NCBI GenBank assembly: GCA_963785725.1
Contig: CAWAWS010000007.1
Span: forward strand, 384,001 to 448,000
Length of the DNA stretch: 64,000 bases
Direction of reading: 5' to 3'
Source: an uncultured delta proteobacterium
Lineage (GTDB): Bacteria; Myxococcota_A; Polyangia; Palsa-1104
In this document: piece by piece, positions 31,061 through 42,459 of the stretch
Layout: each line of letters opens with the position of its first letter
How positions within the stretch are numbered: position 1 is the first letter of the stretch
Position numbers and translations under genes: made by a program
Notes under the pieces: generated by a model
The model's database searches: none
Told to the model about the DNA's origin: nothing
Seen by the model: the letters and a program-made list of their open reading frames with translations, nothing else

Positions 31061-32961
31061 CGAGAGCTTCTCCTTACAGCATTGATTCGTGCGTTCAGCG
31101 TTTCGACAAGGTCACGGTCACCGCGCTCGAGCGCGACGGTCCGCTCGTGCATGAGCGCCGGCAGGTCGGTCGGGAGGCGCATGCTGGCGATGATGGGCTC
31201 GAAGGCTTTCTTGGCGCTGTCGCCGGCAAACTCTTCGGACGATAAGGCGCGCGCGACGGCGTCGCGAATTTCCGGCGCGCAGGTCGACAAGAGCGCGGCG
31301 TCGAACTTCTGCCGCTCCTGCGCCGAGGCAACCAACGCGCGCACGGCGTCGTCCTTCAAATAGGAGAGGTCCACGCGCGGCAGGAGATCGCCGTGCTGCG
31401 CCAGGAACGCCAACAGGGCGGCGTGCGTGCGCGACAGCGGCCGCTGCACGACGACGGCCGGGCCGTCCGCCTCGGGCTCGATGGCGTCGCCGTAGTCGTC
31501 GGGATGCGGCTCGCTCGGCGGCAGCATCGTCGCCACCGCCGCCGGCGCGCCGCCGCTGGCAAACTCGAGGCGCGCGGCCGAGCCGTTGCTGCGCGGCGCC
31601 GCGTCGAAGCGGCTCGGCTGATTCGCCGTCCGCTGCTGAAAGCCGATGTTTTGCGGCGCCCGCAGCGCGCGCTGCACGAGGCCGACGTCGACGCGCAACA
31701 GCTGCGCCAGCTTGTCGATGTAGAGATCGCGCGCCAACGGATCGCGCAGCGAGCGCAACAGCGGCGCCGTCTCTTCGATCGCGGCCACGCGGCCCGGCAC
31801 CGTCGGCTCCGACGTCGACGCCACCTGCTCGAAGTAGAACTCGACCGCGTCTTGCGCGCCGTCGATGAGCGCCTGCAGCTTCGGCAGATTCGTGCGCGCC
31901 AGCTCGTCCGGATCCTGCTTTTTGCCGCCCGACGCGCGCAGCTGCGCGATCTTCAGCGGCAGCTCGGCCTCGACGAACAGGTGGATGATCTTCATCGTCG
32001 CCGCGCGGCCGGCCGGATCGGCGTCGAGCATGAGCACGACTTCGCGGGCGAAGCGCTTGAGCAGCTTGACCTGCTCGCCGGTCATGGCCGTGCCTTGCGG
32101 CGCGACCGCGTAGTCGACCCCGTGCTGATGCAAGGTCATGACGTCGAAGTTGCCCTCGACGACGAGCGCGCGACCGCCCTTGCGAATGGCGTGCTTGGCC
32201 ACGTGCAGACCGAATAGGTTTTCGCCCTTCTTGAACAAGAGGGTCTCGGGCGAATTCTTGTATTTCGGCTGATCTTCGCTGCTGATGACGCGGCCGCCGA
32301 AGCCGATGACTTCACCCATCGGCGACGTCAGCGCGTAGACGACGCGGTTGACGAAGGTATCGAAGTGCGTGCCGTTTTCGCGGCGGCGAATGAGGCCCGC
32401 GCGCTCCGACAGCTCGGCCGGCACCTTCTTCTGCTCGAGATGGCGCGCCAGCGCTTCCCAGCCGGCGGGCGCGAAGCCGACGCGAAAGGTCTCGGCCGTC
32501 TTGTCGTCGAGCCCGCGCGTCGCGAGGTAGGCGCGCGCCGCTTGCGCCGCCGGCGTCTGCAGCTGCGCGACGTAGAACGTGGCCACGAGATCGTGCAGCC
32601 GCACCAGCTTGGCGCGCTCGCTCTCGGCCGCGCGCAGCCGCTCTTCCTCGCGCGGCGAGCGCGTCGGCTCGGGCAGCTCGACGCCGGAGCGCTGCGCGAG
32701 CAGGCGCAGCGTCTCCATGAACGACTTGCCTTCGAGCTCGGAGAGGAACTTGATGACGTCGCCCGACTTGCCGCAGCCGAAGCAGTGGAAGAATTGCTTC
32801 TGCGCGTTGACGTTGAACGAGGGCGACTTCTCGTTGTGAAACGGGCATAGACCCTTGTGGTTCACGCCCGTGCGCTTGAGCGTCACGTATTCGCCGATGA
32901 CCGCGACGATATCCGTGCGGTCCCGGATCTCGGCGATTTTGTCCTCCGGGATCAAGCCCAA
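31057..32961 (-). CDS. dnaG: DNA primase
   Basis: CHC2 zinc finger [11 protein letters not shown]...[43 protein letters not shown] start at 32961 or 32955. Confidence 0.96.
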
Positions 32962-33184
32962 GCTAATACTTTCATCACGATGGGTTGCTCGGAAACGCGC
33001 GATCCTATGAAGCAAGCGGCCCCAGTCAAGGGAAAAGCGTCCGCGCGCCCGGCGAGCACGCCATACTATGTTCGGCGTCATCGGCGGAGTCAAATCGCTC
33101 GCCGTCTTTTCTGGAATGAATTCGCCGGGTGTAGCGTTCGGGCAAAAATTTTGACAGGGACGAAATCGGGGCTGAAGCTGAGGC

Positions 33185-33520
33185 ATGCTGCCTGAACGCC
33201 GATCGACGCCCCGCCGCCGCATGCGCGATATGTTGCCCGAGCGGGAGACGAAGAATCCGAAGCTGGCCGCGAGCACGGAGCTGAAGAACCTCTTGCTCTT
33301 CCTCGACGACGACGTGCGCGAATCGGGCAAGGCGCTGGTGCGCGTCGAGAAATATCTCGGCCGCACGCTGGCGCTGCTCGACGCGACCGAGGTCTCGAGC
33401 GACGACTTGCGCGAGCTCGCGAAGGAGCAGGAGATCTTCGACGATCTCCACACTCTCGTCGACACGCTTGCCTCGCTTCGCGCCCGCATGGGCAAGGTCG
33501 CCTCCTCGTTACGGCCGTAA
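33185..33520 (+). CDS. Small hypothetical helical protein (start uncertain)
   Basis: Typical codon usage; amphipathic helices. Confidence 0.6.
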   Translation: MLPERRSTPRRRMRDMLPERETKNPKLAASTELKNLLLFLDDDVRESGKALVRVEKYLGRTLALLDATEVSSDDLRELAKEQEIFDDLHTLVDTLASLRARMGKVASSLRP

Positions 33521-33648
33521 ACGCCCGTAGCGGCGGGGTATAGCAGCGTCCGGGCGGAACGCCAGCGCCGGGCGCGATCGTTTTGCCTGCTTTTCTCGGC
33601 GACGGTGTCTGCCGACCCCGCTGCCGCGCGTGCTAAAACTGGAGTCGC

Positions 33649-34371
33649 TTGACCCCAGAATCGCCCCAGAATTCGCGGCGCATCGTCGCTGAAGTGCTCG
33701 GCGTGTTCGCGCTGGCGACGGTCTTGTCGGCGCTGCTGGTGCTCGCGCCGGCGAGCTGGTCGCTCGTGCACAACAACGTGCATGCGCTGGTGGCGCTGGT
33801 GTTCATCGCGCTGCCGCAGCTCGTGTTGCCGCGACGGCAAAACATCGAGAGATACGGGTTCACCTGGCAGCCGCTGGCGCTCGGGCTGACCATCGCCGCG
33901 GTGGCGATCGTGGTCGTGCTGCCGCTGTTCGCGCTCGGCTTCGTGGCGCTGTTGCGGCTCGGCTGCGGGCATTTCCCGGAGTGGGTGCCGGGAGCGTGCT
34001 GGAAGGTGACACATCCCGTTTGGCGTCTGCCGCCGCAGTTTGCGCTGGCGGTGCCGGCGCAGCTGATCGTCGTCGGGCTGCCCGAGGAGCTGTTCTTTCG
34101 CGGCTACATCCAAGGTCGGCTCGACGACGCCTGGCCGCCGACACGTCGGTTGTTGGGCGCGCTCGTCGGTCGCGGCTACGTGCTGCAGGCGGCGCTGTTT
34201 GGGCTCGGCCACTACCTGGTGTCGTTCGAGCCGCAGATGTTGTCGCGCTTTTTCCCGGCGTTGGCGTTCGGCTGGATGTATGCGCGCACGCGCTCGATCC
34301 TCGCCGGCACGATCTTCCACGCCGCTTGCAACTTGCTCATGGCGTTCCTCAGCGCCAGCCTATTGTCGTGA
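33649..34371 (+). CDS. CPBP (Abi/CAAX) family intramembrane glutamic endopeptidase, myxosortase-like
   Basis: EELFFRGY, FGLGH, FHAACN; multiple TM segments. Confidence 0.88.
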   Translation: MTPESPQNSRRIVAEVLGVFALATVLSALLVLAPASWSLVHNNVHALVALVFIALPQLVLPRRQNIERYGFTWQPLALGLTIAAVAIVVVLPLFALGFVALLRLGCGHFPEWVPGACWKVTHPVWRLPPQFALAVPAQLIVVGLPEELFFRGYIQGRLDDAWPPTRRLLGALVGRGYVLQAALFGLGHYLVSFEPQMLSRFFPALAFGWMYARTRSILAGTIFHAACNLLMAFLSASLLS

Positions 34372-35021
34372 CTCGCGCCGCGGCGTTCTTCGACATGGAC
34401 CACACGCTTCTGCAGTGCAACACGGCCAGCTTGTGGCTGCGTTGGCTCAGGCAGCACAACGAAATCTCGATCTATCGCACGCTGCGCGCCATCGGCTGGC
34501 TGATGCAATACAAGCTGGCGGTGCTCGACATGGAATCGGTGACGGCGCGGGCGATCGCCGAGATGGCGGGGCAGTCGGAGGATGATTTGGTCGTCAAGAC
34601 GCGGGCGTTCTTCGCGGCGCAGGTGTTGACGGCGGTGGCTCCGAAGGCGCTGGAGGCGGTGAAGCGGCATCGTGACGAAGGGCACGTCATGGCGATTCTG
34701 TCGTCGTCGACGCCGTATATGGTCGAGCCGTTGGCGCAGCACTTGGGGATCGAGCACGCGATTTGTACGCGGCTGAATGTGAGCGACGGGAAGTTCGCGG
34801 GGACGCACGTGCGGCCGGCCTGTTACGGCGCGGGCAAGGTGCATTGGGCGGAGGCGTTCGCGGCGGCGAACGACGTGGATTTGCGGAGCAGCTATTTTTA
34901 TACCGACAGCTATAGCGATCTGCCGATGCTGCAGCGGGTGGGGATGGCGCGGGTGGTCAATCCGGATGCGCGGCTGAAGCGGCATGCGCGGCGCGTGGGG
35001 TGGGACGTCGATTTGTGGTGA
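34368..35021 (+). CDS. HAD-IB family hydrolase
   Basis: AAFFDMDHTL, YFYTDSYSDLPML, VVNPDARL. Confidence 0.92.
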   Translation: MTRAAAFFDMDHTLLQCNTASLWLRWLRQHNEISIYRTLRAIGWLMQYKLAVLDMESVTARAIAEMAGQSEDDLVVKTRAFFAAQVLTAVAPKALEAVKRHRDEGHVMAILSSSTPYMVEPLAQHLGIEHAICTRLNVSDGKFAGTHVRPACYGAGKVHWAEAFAAANDVDLRSSYFYTDSYSDLPMLQRVGMARVVNPDARLKRHARRVGWDVDLW

Positions 35022-35039
35022 TGCGCGCCGAGGGTGGGC

Positions 35040-35270
35040 GCGGAGTGCGCGGCGGGCGGCGCGATTGCGGGACGTGCGGCGCGATTGCGGGACGTGCGGG
35101 CGCGATTGCGGGACGAGTGGGCGCGATTGCGGGACGTGCGGGCGCGGAATGCGCGGAGTGCGGGCGCGATTGCGGGACGTGCGGCGCGATTGCGGGACGT
35201 GCGGGCGCGGAATGCGCGGCGTGCGGCGCGGAGTGCGCCGCGAGTGGCGCGATTGCGTGCTCGGCGGGCG
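35040..35270. repeat. Minisatellite of ~20-21-bp units (gcgcgattgcgggacgtgcgg and variants)
   Basis: Directly visible tandem units. Confidence 0.88.
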
Positions 35271-35311
35271 CGCATGCGCGGCGGTAGGCTCGCCGGGCCG
35301 AGCGGTCATTC

Positions 35312-35456
35312 GGTTTACGGCACGGCGAGGCCGGGCGGGCGCAGCGAGCCGGCCGCGCCCGGCCTCGCTCCGTCGGGCCGGCCATCGGCGGATCGCGCAC
35401 GACGATCGCGAGGCTTATCGCGGGCTCGGTCTCGCAGCGCCGACGTTCGCCCCCAA
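35312..35456 (-). repeat. Dispersed ~150-bp element, copy 3
   Basis: Reverse strand: ttgggggcgaacgtcggcgctgcgagaccgagcccgcgataagcc...gatggccggcccgacggagcg...cgccgtgccgtaaacc. Confidence 0.85.
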
Positions 35457-35518
35457 ACGCAACGCTAGCCGCGAGCACGACTTTTCGCGTCGCAGCGGCG
35501 CGTGGTACAAGCGCGGGC

Positions 35519-36346
35519 ATGTTGACTCCTGCCGTGGAAGCGTTGATCGCGCTGGCGATCGAAGAGGATCTCGGGCGCGGCGATGTGACGTCGGAGGCGA
35601 TCTTCGACGCGGCGGCGACGACTGCGGGCGTCATCATCGCCAAGGAGCCGCTGACGGTCGCCGGCGCGGCGGTCGCGGCGGCGGTGTTCGCGCGCGTCGA
35701 CGGCGGGACGCGCGTCGTGGTGCAAGCGGGCGACGGCAGCCGCGTGACCAAAGGTGACGGCGTCATTCGCGTCGAGGGCCGCACCCGGGCGTTGTTGGCG
35801 GCGGAGCGTACGGCGTTGAACTTCTTGCAGCGGCTGTCGGGCGTGGCCACGTTGACGCGGCAGTTCGTCGACGCCGTGGCCGGCACGCGGGCGCGCATTT
35901 GCGACACGCGCAAGACGGCGCCCGGCTGGCGCGTACTCGACAAGCTCGCCGTCGTCGCCGGCGGCGGCGTCAATCATCGCGCCGATCTGGCGAGCGGCGT
36001 GCTCATCAAGGACAACCACGTCATCGCCGCCGGCGGAGTGCGCGCGGCGGTCGAGCGGGCGCGGCAGCGGGCGCCGCATTCGTTGCGCGTCGAAGTCGAA
36101 GTGACGGAGCTGGCGCAGATCGAAGAAGCCTTGGCCGCCGGCGCCGAAGTGGTCTTGCTCGATAATATGGACGCGGCGAACGTGCGCGCGGCGGTGGGGC
36201 AGATCGCCGGCCGCGCGATCGTCGAAGTCTCGGGCGGCATCAATTTGCAGACGGTGCGCGCGTTCGCCGAGGCGGGGCCGGATCGGATCTCGGTCGGCGC
36301 GCTGACGCACTCCGCGCGCGCGGTCGACCTGTCGCTCGAGCTGTGA
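35519..36346 (+). CDS. nadC: Nicotinate-nucleotide diphosphorylase (carboxylating)
   Basis: [59 protein letters not shown]. Confidence 0.97.
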   Translation: MLTPAVEALIALAIEEDLGRGDVTSEAIFDAAATTAGVIIAKEPLTVAGAAVAAAVFARVDGGTRVVVQAGDGSRVTKGDGVIRVEGRTRALLAAERTALNFLQRLSGVATLTRQFVDAVAGTRARICDTRKTAPGWRVLDKLAVVAGGGVNHRADLASGVLIKDNHVIAAGGVRAAVERARQRAPHSLRVEVEVTELAQIEEALAAGAEVVLLDNMDAANVRAAVGQIAGRAIVEVSGGINLQTVRAFAEAGPDRISVGALTHSARAVDLSLEL

Positions 36347-37818
36347 CCGGCAAGCGCGGCAGCGGCGGTGGTCGCGCCGGCACTGCGGGTCTCGGTGCGC
36401 GTCACGCTGGCAACGGCCGCGGCGGATCCGGCAATCGCCGCGACAATGCAGCCGGTGGTGCTGACGGCAAACGCCACAACGACGCCGGCGCCGCGGACGA
36501 CGATCGCCGAGCAGCCGGCGATGCTGACGGCAAACGCGACGACGACGCCGGCGCCACGGACGACGATCGCCGAGCAGCCGGGGATGATGACGGCAAACGC
36601 CGTGACGACGCCGGCGCCGCGGACGACGATCGCCGAGCAGCCGGCGATGCTGACGGCAAACGCCACAACGACGCCGGCGCCACGGCCGACGACCGCCGAA
36701 CCGCCGGCGACGACGCCGGCGCCGCGGACGACGACCGCCGAGCCAACCCGTCGCCGGCAGCCCCGACTCCCGCCGACGCCACGGACGACGATCGCCGCCG
36801 CACAGATTCGCCGCCGGCCGGCGCGACTCCCGTCGACGCGCTCGTCGCGCCATCGTCTTCGTCCGACGAGCGCCTGCTGCAGCTGCTGCGGGGCGCCGAC
36901 TTCGTCTCCGGCGAACACATCGCCGACCTGCTCGGCGTCTCCCGCGCCGCTGTCGGCAAGCGCGTCACCGAGCTGCGCAAACGCGGCTTTGCCATCGCCG
37001 CTACGCCACGGCGCGGCTACCGGCTCGACGGCGAACCCGATGCCCTCGACGCCGCCGTCGTGCAGCCGCGCCTTGCCACCGACTGGCTCGGCCGCGCCTG
37101 GCGCCACCTGCCGACCACTGGTTCAACCAATGACGAAGCCGCCGCGTGGGCACGGGCCGGCGCGCCGGCCGGCGCCGTCGTCGTCGCCGACGCGCAGACG
37201 CGTGGTCGCGGTCGCCTCGGGCGTCGCTGGCATTCGCCGTCGGGCGCCAGCCTCTACTTCTCGGTCGTCCTGCGCCCGCCGCTGCCGCCACATCGCGTGC
37301 CGCCGTTGACGCTCGCGGCCGGTGTCGCCGTCGCCGAAGCCTTGACCGCGCTCGACATCACGCCGCAGCTGAAGTGGCCCAACGACGTCCTCCTCGACGG
37401 CAAGAAAGTCGCCGGCATCCTCACCGAGATGAGCTCCGATTCGATCGTGTCCATCACGTCGTCGTCGGCATCGGCGTCAACCTCAACACGCGCGACTTCC
37501 CCGACGAGTTGGTCGCGATCGCCACGTCGGCGGCGTTGGTGCGCGGCCTCCCCGTCGTGCGCGCCGACTTCGCCGCCGCGTTGTGCGGCCGCTTGGAACA
37601 TTGGTTTGACCGCTTCGTCGCCGAAGGGCCGGCCGTCGTCGCAGTCGCCTGGAAGCAGCACGCCCGCATTTTCGGTCGCCGCGTTCGCGTGACCGCCGGC
37701 CGCGACATCCTCGAAGGCATCGCCGAAGATCTCGGAAGACGACGGCGCCCTTCGTCTTCGCCTCGACGATGGCCGCTCCACGCGCGTCATCGCCGGCGAA
37801 GTCACCCCATTGGTTTGA
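36343..37818 (+). CDS. birA: Bifunctional biotin ligase/repressor BirA, with repeat-derived N-terminal extension and two frameshifts (~37440, ~37735)
   Basis: [60 protein letters not shown]; then [10 protein letters not shown] in another frame; then DGALRLRL...IAGEV back in the first frame. Confidence 0.9.
36455..36790. repeat. 63-bp tandem repeat (4 copies plus partial copies) upstream of the BirA HTH
   Basis: gacggcaaacg at 36463, 36526, 36589, 36652. Confidence 0.9.
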
Positions 37819-38208
37819 CCATTCCCCACAGCGCCGCTTCGGTCGACGGTCGTGAAGTGCCCACGGGCACGATTGTGGCGTGATTCGACGTACTGCCGCG
37901 TCTCCCGCGATTCGCGAACGCGATCGTCGCAATGGTTTAACCATTGCGACTAATGGTTTAACCATTGCCGGAAGCGAGGCGCCGACCGGCGACGTCGCGT
38001 GTTCCGCAGCGCGCAGATCGCGAGAGAGCAGCTCCGCCCGCGGGGGGCGTACTAGACTGGATCGTCGAGCGTTCGGCGAATCCGGGAATCCGCGGCCATT
38101 TGAGACACGAGGGACGCGTGTCTCGGCGATTTCTTCGCTGTCTGCGCGCTCGAATTGGTTTAACCAATTCGAGCGCGCGCTCGTTCGCGAGCGCAAACAA
38201 ACGGCCGC

Positions 38209-38844
38209 CTAATGAAAGGCGTTTTCCGGCAGCGTCACGTTCTTCGCCAGCTTGGTGAAGACGATCTCTTTCTCGTCGCCGTTCGGCTCGACGAGCGCGA
38301 TCGCCCGCAACAAATGCGTCTTGCCGTCGAGTCGCAGCTCGACGCGCGCGAACGCTCGCGCCACCGTGCTCGCCGGCTTCGGCGTCAGCAGCAGCGTCGG
38401 CGCAGCCGCCGTACCGCCGCTCGCGAGCTCGTAATCCGCACGCGCCTGCGCCAGCGAGCCCGACCCCAACCACACGAGCAGCTGGTCGAAGATGGCGCGC
38501 ATCGTCGCGTCCTTGGCCAGGTCGAAGACCTGCGGCGCCGCACCCGGCGACGACAGCGTGGCTCGATTCCCGTCGAGAATCAGCGTCGAAGGATCGGGCG
38601 TCGTGTACTCCCAGCGAATTTGCCGCGGCTGCCGAAAATAGAGCTTCCCGTGCGCGACCAGCTCTTGCTTGAACAGCTTGACCCGATTCCTCTGCGTGAA
38701 CTCGCCGCTCAAGGTCGTGACGGAAGCCTTCGCCGCGTCGACCTCCTTCAGCAACGCGTCCAACGGCGGCGCTTGCGCATGTCCCATCGCCGCGATGCCC
38801 AAGATCACCCACGCAGCGACGGCAGCGAGTAATGGTTTAACCAT
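38209..38844 (-). CDS. Outer-membrane lipoprotein carrier LolA family protein
   Basis: Signal peptide MVKPLLAAV...HAQA; GEFTQR, GKLYFRQPRQIRWEYTTP, C-terminal LPENAF. Confidence 0.85.
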   Translation of the reverse strand: MVKPLLAAVAAWVILGIAAMGHAQAPPLDALLKEVDAAKASVTTLSGEFTQRNRVKLFKQELVAHGKLYFRQPRQIRWEYTTPDPSTLILDGNRATLSSPGAAPQVFDLAKDATMRAIFDQLLVWLGSGSLAQARADYELASGGTAAAPTLLLTPKPASTVARAFARVELRLDGKTHLLRAIALVEPNGDEKEIVFTKLAKNVTLPENAFH

Positions 38845-38884
38845 TCCCCCGCCCCGTCGCGCTCGCCCATACGCCGACAGCTTG

Positions 38885-39245
38885 CCAGCAGACGCAGCCG
38901 CCGCGTCCCTATTCACGCCGGCAAACGAAGTGGCTGCGTCGTCGCTCACGCCGGCAAACGCGCCGGCTGCGTCGTCGTTCAGGCTGGCAAACGAATTGGC
39001 TGCGTCCTTTTGGCCGGCAAACGAAGCGTCTGGGTCGTCGCTCAGGCTGGCAAACGAGGTGGCTGGGTCGTCGCTCAGGCTGGCAAACGAGGTGGCTGCG
39101 TCGCTGTTCAGGCTGGCAAACGAGGTGGCTGCATCGTCGTTCAGGCTGGCAAACGAGGCGGCTGCGTCGCTGTTCAGGCCGGCAAACGCGCTGACTGCGT
39201 CATCGTTCAGGCCGGCAAACGCGCTGACGGCGTCGTCGTTTACGG
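38885..39245. repeat. 33-bp tandem repeat, about 10-11 copies, between acp and lolA
   Basis: ggcaaacg at 38920, 38953, 38986, 39016, 39049, 39082, 39115, 39148, 39181, 39214. Confidence 0.92.
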
Positions 39246-39272
39246 TCGCAACCGCGCCGGTCGCGCGGTCGC

Positions 39273-39533
39273 TCACGCCGGCGGCCGGTTGGCGCCGACA
39301 TACTCCGCCAGCGCGCTCACCGACGAGAACACCTTCTTGCCGACCGCTTCGTCGGGGATGGTCACGTGATACTTACGCTCGATCGCCACCGCCAGCTCGA
39401 GCGCGTCGATGCTGTCCAGCCCCAACCCCTCCTGAAACAGCGGCGCGTCGTCGACGATCTGCTCCGCCGTGACGTCCGAAAGGTTCAAGCTGCCGATGAT
39501 CAGTTCCTTGATGTCCCGCTTTAGATCGTTCAT
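39273..39533 (-). CDS. Acyl carrier protein
   Basis: PLFQEGLGLDSIDALEL phosphopantetheine site. Confidence 0.95.
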   Translation of the reverse strand: MNDLKRDIKELIIGSLNLSDVTAEQIVDDAPLFQEGLGLDSIDALELAVAIERKYHVTIPDEAVGKKVFSSVSALAEYVGANRPPA

Positions 39534-39552
39534 TCGCCCTTTCAAGTTCGCC

Positions 39553-40263
39553 TTACGTCAGCCCGCCGTCAACTCCGAGCACCGTGCCCGTCAGATACGC
39601 GGCTCCGTCGGAGCACAGCCACGCCGCGGCCGCCGCGATTTCCTCGGCGCGACCCGGCCGGCCGAGCGGAATCGCGCGCAGTAGCTCGGCGCGCGCTTTC
39701 TCCGGCAGCGCCGCCGTCATCTCCGTTTCGACGAAGCCGGCGCACAAGCAATTCACCGTGATCTGAAAGCGCGCCACTTCTCGCGCCAGCGATCGCGTGA
39801 GCCCGATCAGCCCCGCTTTTGCCGCGCCATAATTGGTTTGACCAATACGCCCCAGCATCGCCGTCGGCGAGACGATATGCACGACGCGTCCCCAACGCCG
39901 CCCGATCATCGCTTTGATCGCCTGCTTGCCGACGAGAAATCCCGCCTTCAGATGCACCGCCAAGACGTCGTCGAAGTCTTGCTCCGGCATCATCAGCATC
40001 AGCTTGTCGCGCGTAAACCCGGCCGCGTGCACGACGACGTCGAAGCCGCGCTCGCCCTCGACGTCGAAGAGCGCCTGCACTGCCGCCGCCGAGCTAACGT
40101 CACAGCGCGCCACGGCAATGGTTGAACCATTGTCGGCGACCGCCTGCGCAGCCGCGTCATCGTGCGCGTACAGCGCCAGCACGTCGTGGCCGGCAGCAGC
40201 GAGCGCGCGCGCGATCGCTAGGCCGATGCCCTTGGTTCCCCCGGTCACTAGCGCGCGTCGCAT
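39553..40263 (-). CDS. fabG: 3-oxoacyl-ACP reductase (FabG-like SDR)
   Basis: TGGTKGIG, GQTNYGAAKAG, GFVETEMT, IPLGRPG. Confidence 0.9.
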   Translation of the reverse strand: MRRALVTGGTKGIGLAIARALAAAGHDVLALYAHDDAAAQAVADNGSTIAVARCDVSSAAAVQALFDVEGERGFDVVVHAAGFTRDKLMLMMPEQDFDDVLAVHLKAGFLVGKQAIKAMIGRRWGRVVHIVSPTAMLGRIGQTNYGAAKAGLIGLTRSLAREVARFQITVNCLCAGFVETEMTAALPEKARAELLRAIPLGRPGRAEEIAAAAAWLCSDGAAYLTGTVLGVDGGLT

Positions 40264-40332
40264 GGGTCCGCATGTATATACGTACAGCGTGGCTGCTTCA
40301 ATGGTTCAACCATTTCCGCTATCGTGCGCTCG

Positions 40333-41142
40333 ATGATCCGCGGCTGGCCTTGGGCCCGACTCGTCTTCGGCCTCGCTGTCGCCGGCAGCGTCGGCGCGAT
40401 CGTCCGCACGCTCAGCGGCGGCAACCTCCCGTGGTGGTGCTTGGCGACGATCGCGATCGCGCTCATATCCAGCATCGGCGCCGGCGTTTTCATGCTCGGC
40501 AGCGGCCTCTTCGCGCGCCCCATTCTCGCCGTCGATCCCGCGCGCGCCGGCGATCGATTGGCCATCACCTTCGACGACGGTCCCGACGAAGAGCACACGC
40601 GCGCCGTCGCTGCGCTGCTCGAGGCGCGCGGCCATCGCGGCACGTTCTTCGTCATCGGCCGCCGCGCAGCCGCGGCTCCGGCGCTCTTGGCGGAGCTCGT
40701 GCGGCGCGGCCATGGGCTCGGCAACCACTCGTTCACGCACGCCTACACGACGCCGTTCCAGCATCCGAAGCGGCTCGCCGCCGATCTGGCGCGCGCGCAG
40801 GACCTGTTTGCGCAGGCGGGCGCGCGCGTCCGCTTTTTTCGTCCGCCCGTCGGGCTGCTGTCGCCGCGCGTGGTGGAAGCGGCGCGGCGAATTGGTTTAA
40901 CCATTGTCGGCTGGAGCGCGACCGCGCGCGATGGTCGCGCGTCGACGACGGCGGCCGCGGCGGCGGCGCGGCTCATCGCGGCGGCGCGGCCAGGCGCGAT
41001 CTTGGTGCTGCACGACTCTGCCGAGCGCGGCGCGCGCGTCCCCGTCGCCGCGGCGGCGCTGGTGCCGCTGCTCGACGCGCTGGCGGCGCGCGGCTTGCGC
41101 AGCGTGACGCTCGACGAGCTCATCGGAAACGAGGAGAACTGA
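40333..41142 (+). CDS. Membrane-anchored polysaccharide deacetylase family protein
   Basis: AITFDDGP, GTFFVIG, GNHSFTH, FFRPPVG, ILVLHD. Confidence 0.92.
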   Translation: MIRGWPWARLVFGLAVAGSVGAIVRTLSGGNLPWWCLATIAIALISSIGAGVFMLGSGLFARPILAVDPARAGDRLAITFDDGPDEEHTRAVAALLEARGHRGTFFVIGRRAAAAPALLAELVRRGHGLGNHSFTHAYTTPFQHPKRLAADLARAQDLFAQAGARVRFFRPPVGLLSPRVVEAARRIGLTIVGWSATARDGRASTTAAAAAARLIAAARPGAILVLHDSAERGARVPVAAAALVPLLDALAARGLRSVTLDELIGNEEN

Positions 41143-41903
41143 TGTCCGTACGCGTGGAGAAAAATGGCGCCGTCACGACGGTGGTCTTGAGCCGCGCCGA
41201 CGTGCGCAATGCCGTCGATCGCGATCACGCAGAGGCGCTGGCCGACGCCTTTCGCCGCTTCGAGGCCGACGACGGCGCGCACGTGGCGGTGCTCTTCGGC
41301 GAAGGCGGAAACTTCTGCGCCGGCGCCGACCTGAAGGCGATGTCGGCGGGGAATCCCAACCGTGTCGAGCCGAGCGGCGACGCGCCGATGGGCCCGACGC
41401 GCTATTTGCTGCGCAAGCCGGTCATCGCCGCGGTCGCGGGCTATGCCGTCGCCGGCGGGTTGGAGCTGGCCTGTTGGTGTGACCTGCGCGTGGTCGAAGA
41501 GGACGCGGTATTCGGCGTCTTTTGCCGTCGCTGGGGTGTGCCGCTCATCGACGGCGGCACCGTGCGCTTGCCGCGGCTCATCGGCCTGTCCCGCGCGCTC
41601 GACCTGATCCTGTCCGGCCGCCCCGTCGGCGCCGCCGAAGCATTGGCGATAGGTCTGGCCAATCGGGTCGTTCCGCGCGGCGACGCGCGCGCTGCCGCCG
41701 AGGCGCTCGCCGCCGAGCTCGCGAGCCTGCCGCAGCTGTGCCTACGCAACGACCGGTTGTCGACGTACGAGCAAGCGGCGATGACGATTCCCGAGGCGCT
41801 CGACAATGAGTTCGCCCACGGCTGGACATCGCTGGCGCACGCGGCCGAAGGCATCGATCGCTTCGTCGGCGGCGCCGGTAGACACGGCGGCAAACCCCAA
41901 TAG
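41142..41903 (+). CDS. Crotonase/enoyl-CoA hydratase family protein
   Basis: FCAGADLK, GYAVAGGLELACWCD, VFCRRWGVPLIDGGTVRLPRLIG, GAGRHG. Confidence 0.94.
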   Translation: MSVRVEKNGAVTTVVLSRADVRNAVDRDHAEALADAFRRFEADDGAHVAVLFGEGGNFCAGADLKAMSAGNPNRVEPSGDAPMGPTRYLLRKPVIAAVAGYAVAGGLELACWCDLRVVEEDAVFGVFCRRWGVPLIDGGTVRLPRLIGLSRALDLILSGRPVGAAEALAIGLANRVVPRGDARAAAEALAAELASLPQLCLRNDRLSTYEQAAMTIPEALDNEFAHGWTSLAHAAEGIDRFVGGAGRHGGKPQ

Positions 41904-42459
41904 CAAATGGTTAAACCAATCCCCTAAATGGTTTAACCATTTTCGAGTGCCGCTCTTCGATTGTGGCATTCACGGAAACGGCACCGCCACCAAATCCCGA
42001 GGAATGCTTAACCATCGGAGAGATGGTTTGACTGATCGCTGTGCCGCGAAATGCGGGCTCGACGCAAAGTCGGGGGGGGGGGAGACGACGGCTGCCGCGG
42101 CGCGAGTGGCAGCGCCGGTTGTGCGCGCGTGTCGCGAGTGGCGGAAGAGGGTCGCGCCAGTCGTCAACACCTCCTCGAGCGCGTTGGCGACATTATTGGC
42201 GTTCTGATCGCGCAGCAAACGCCGAGTCGGGTATCAATGGTTAAACCAATTGTAGGAATGGTTTCACCATCGACCGTTGCCGAGAGCGGGGCGTGCTCCG
42301 AACATCGGCGGGCGCATGGCGGACACGGCGACCGTGCCGTCGGTGGGCTTCCCGCGAGCAGCTGCCGCGTGCCGCGAAGTCTGCCGCCGGCCGGACGTCG
42401 GCCGCGCGCCGAAACATCGGCCGGCGTGCGTGCGATCGTCCGCAACGCTGTAACCGTTG

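Noticed and set aside
37430..37745. Programmed frameshifting in birA or rpoD
   Set aside because: No slippery heptamers or homopolymer tracts at the shift points, and rpoD has too many shifts; sequencing error is simpler.
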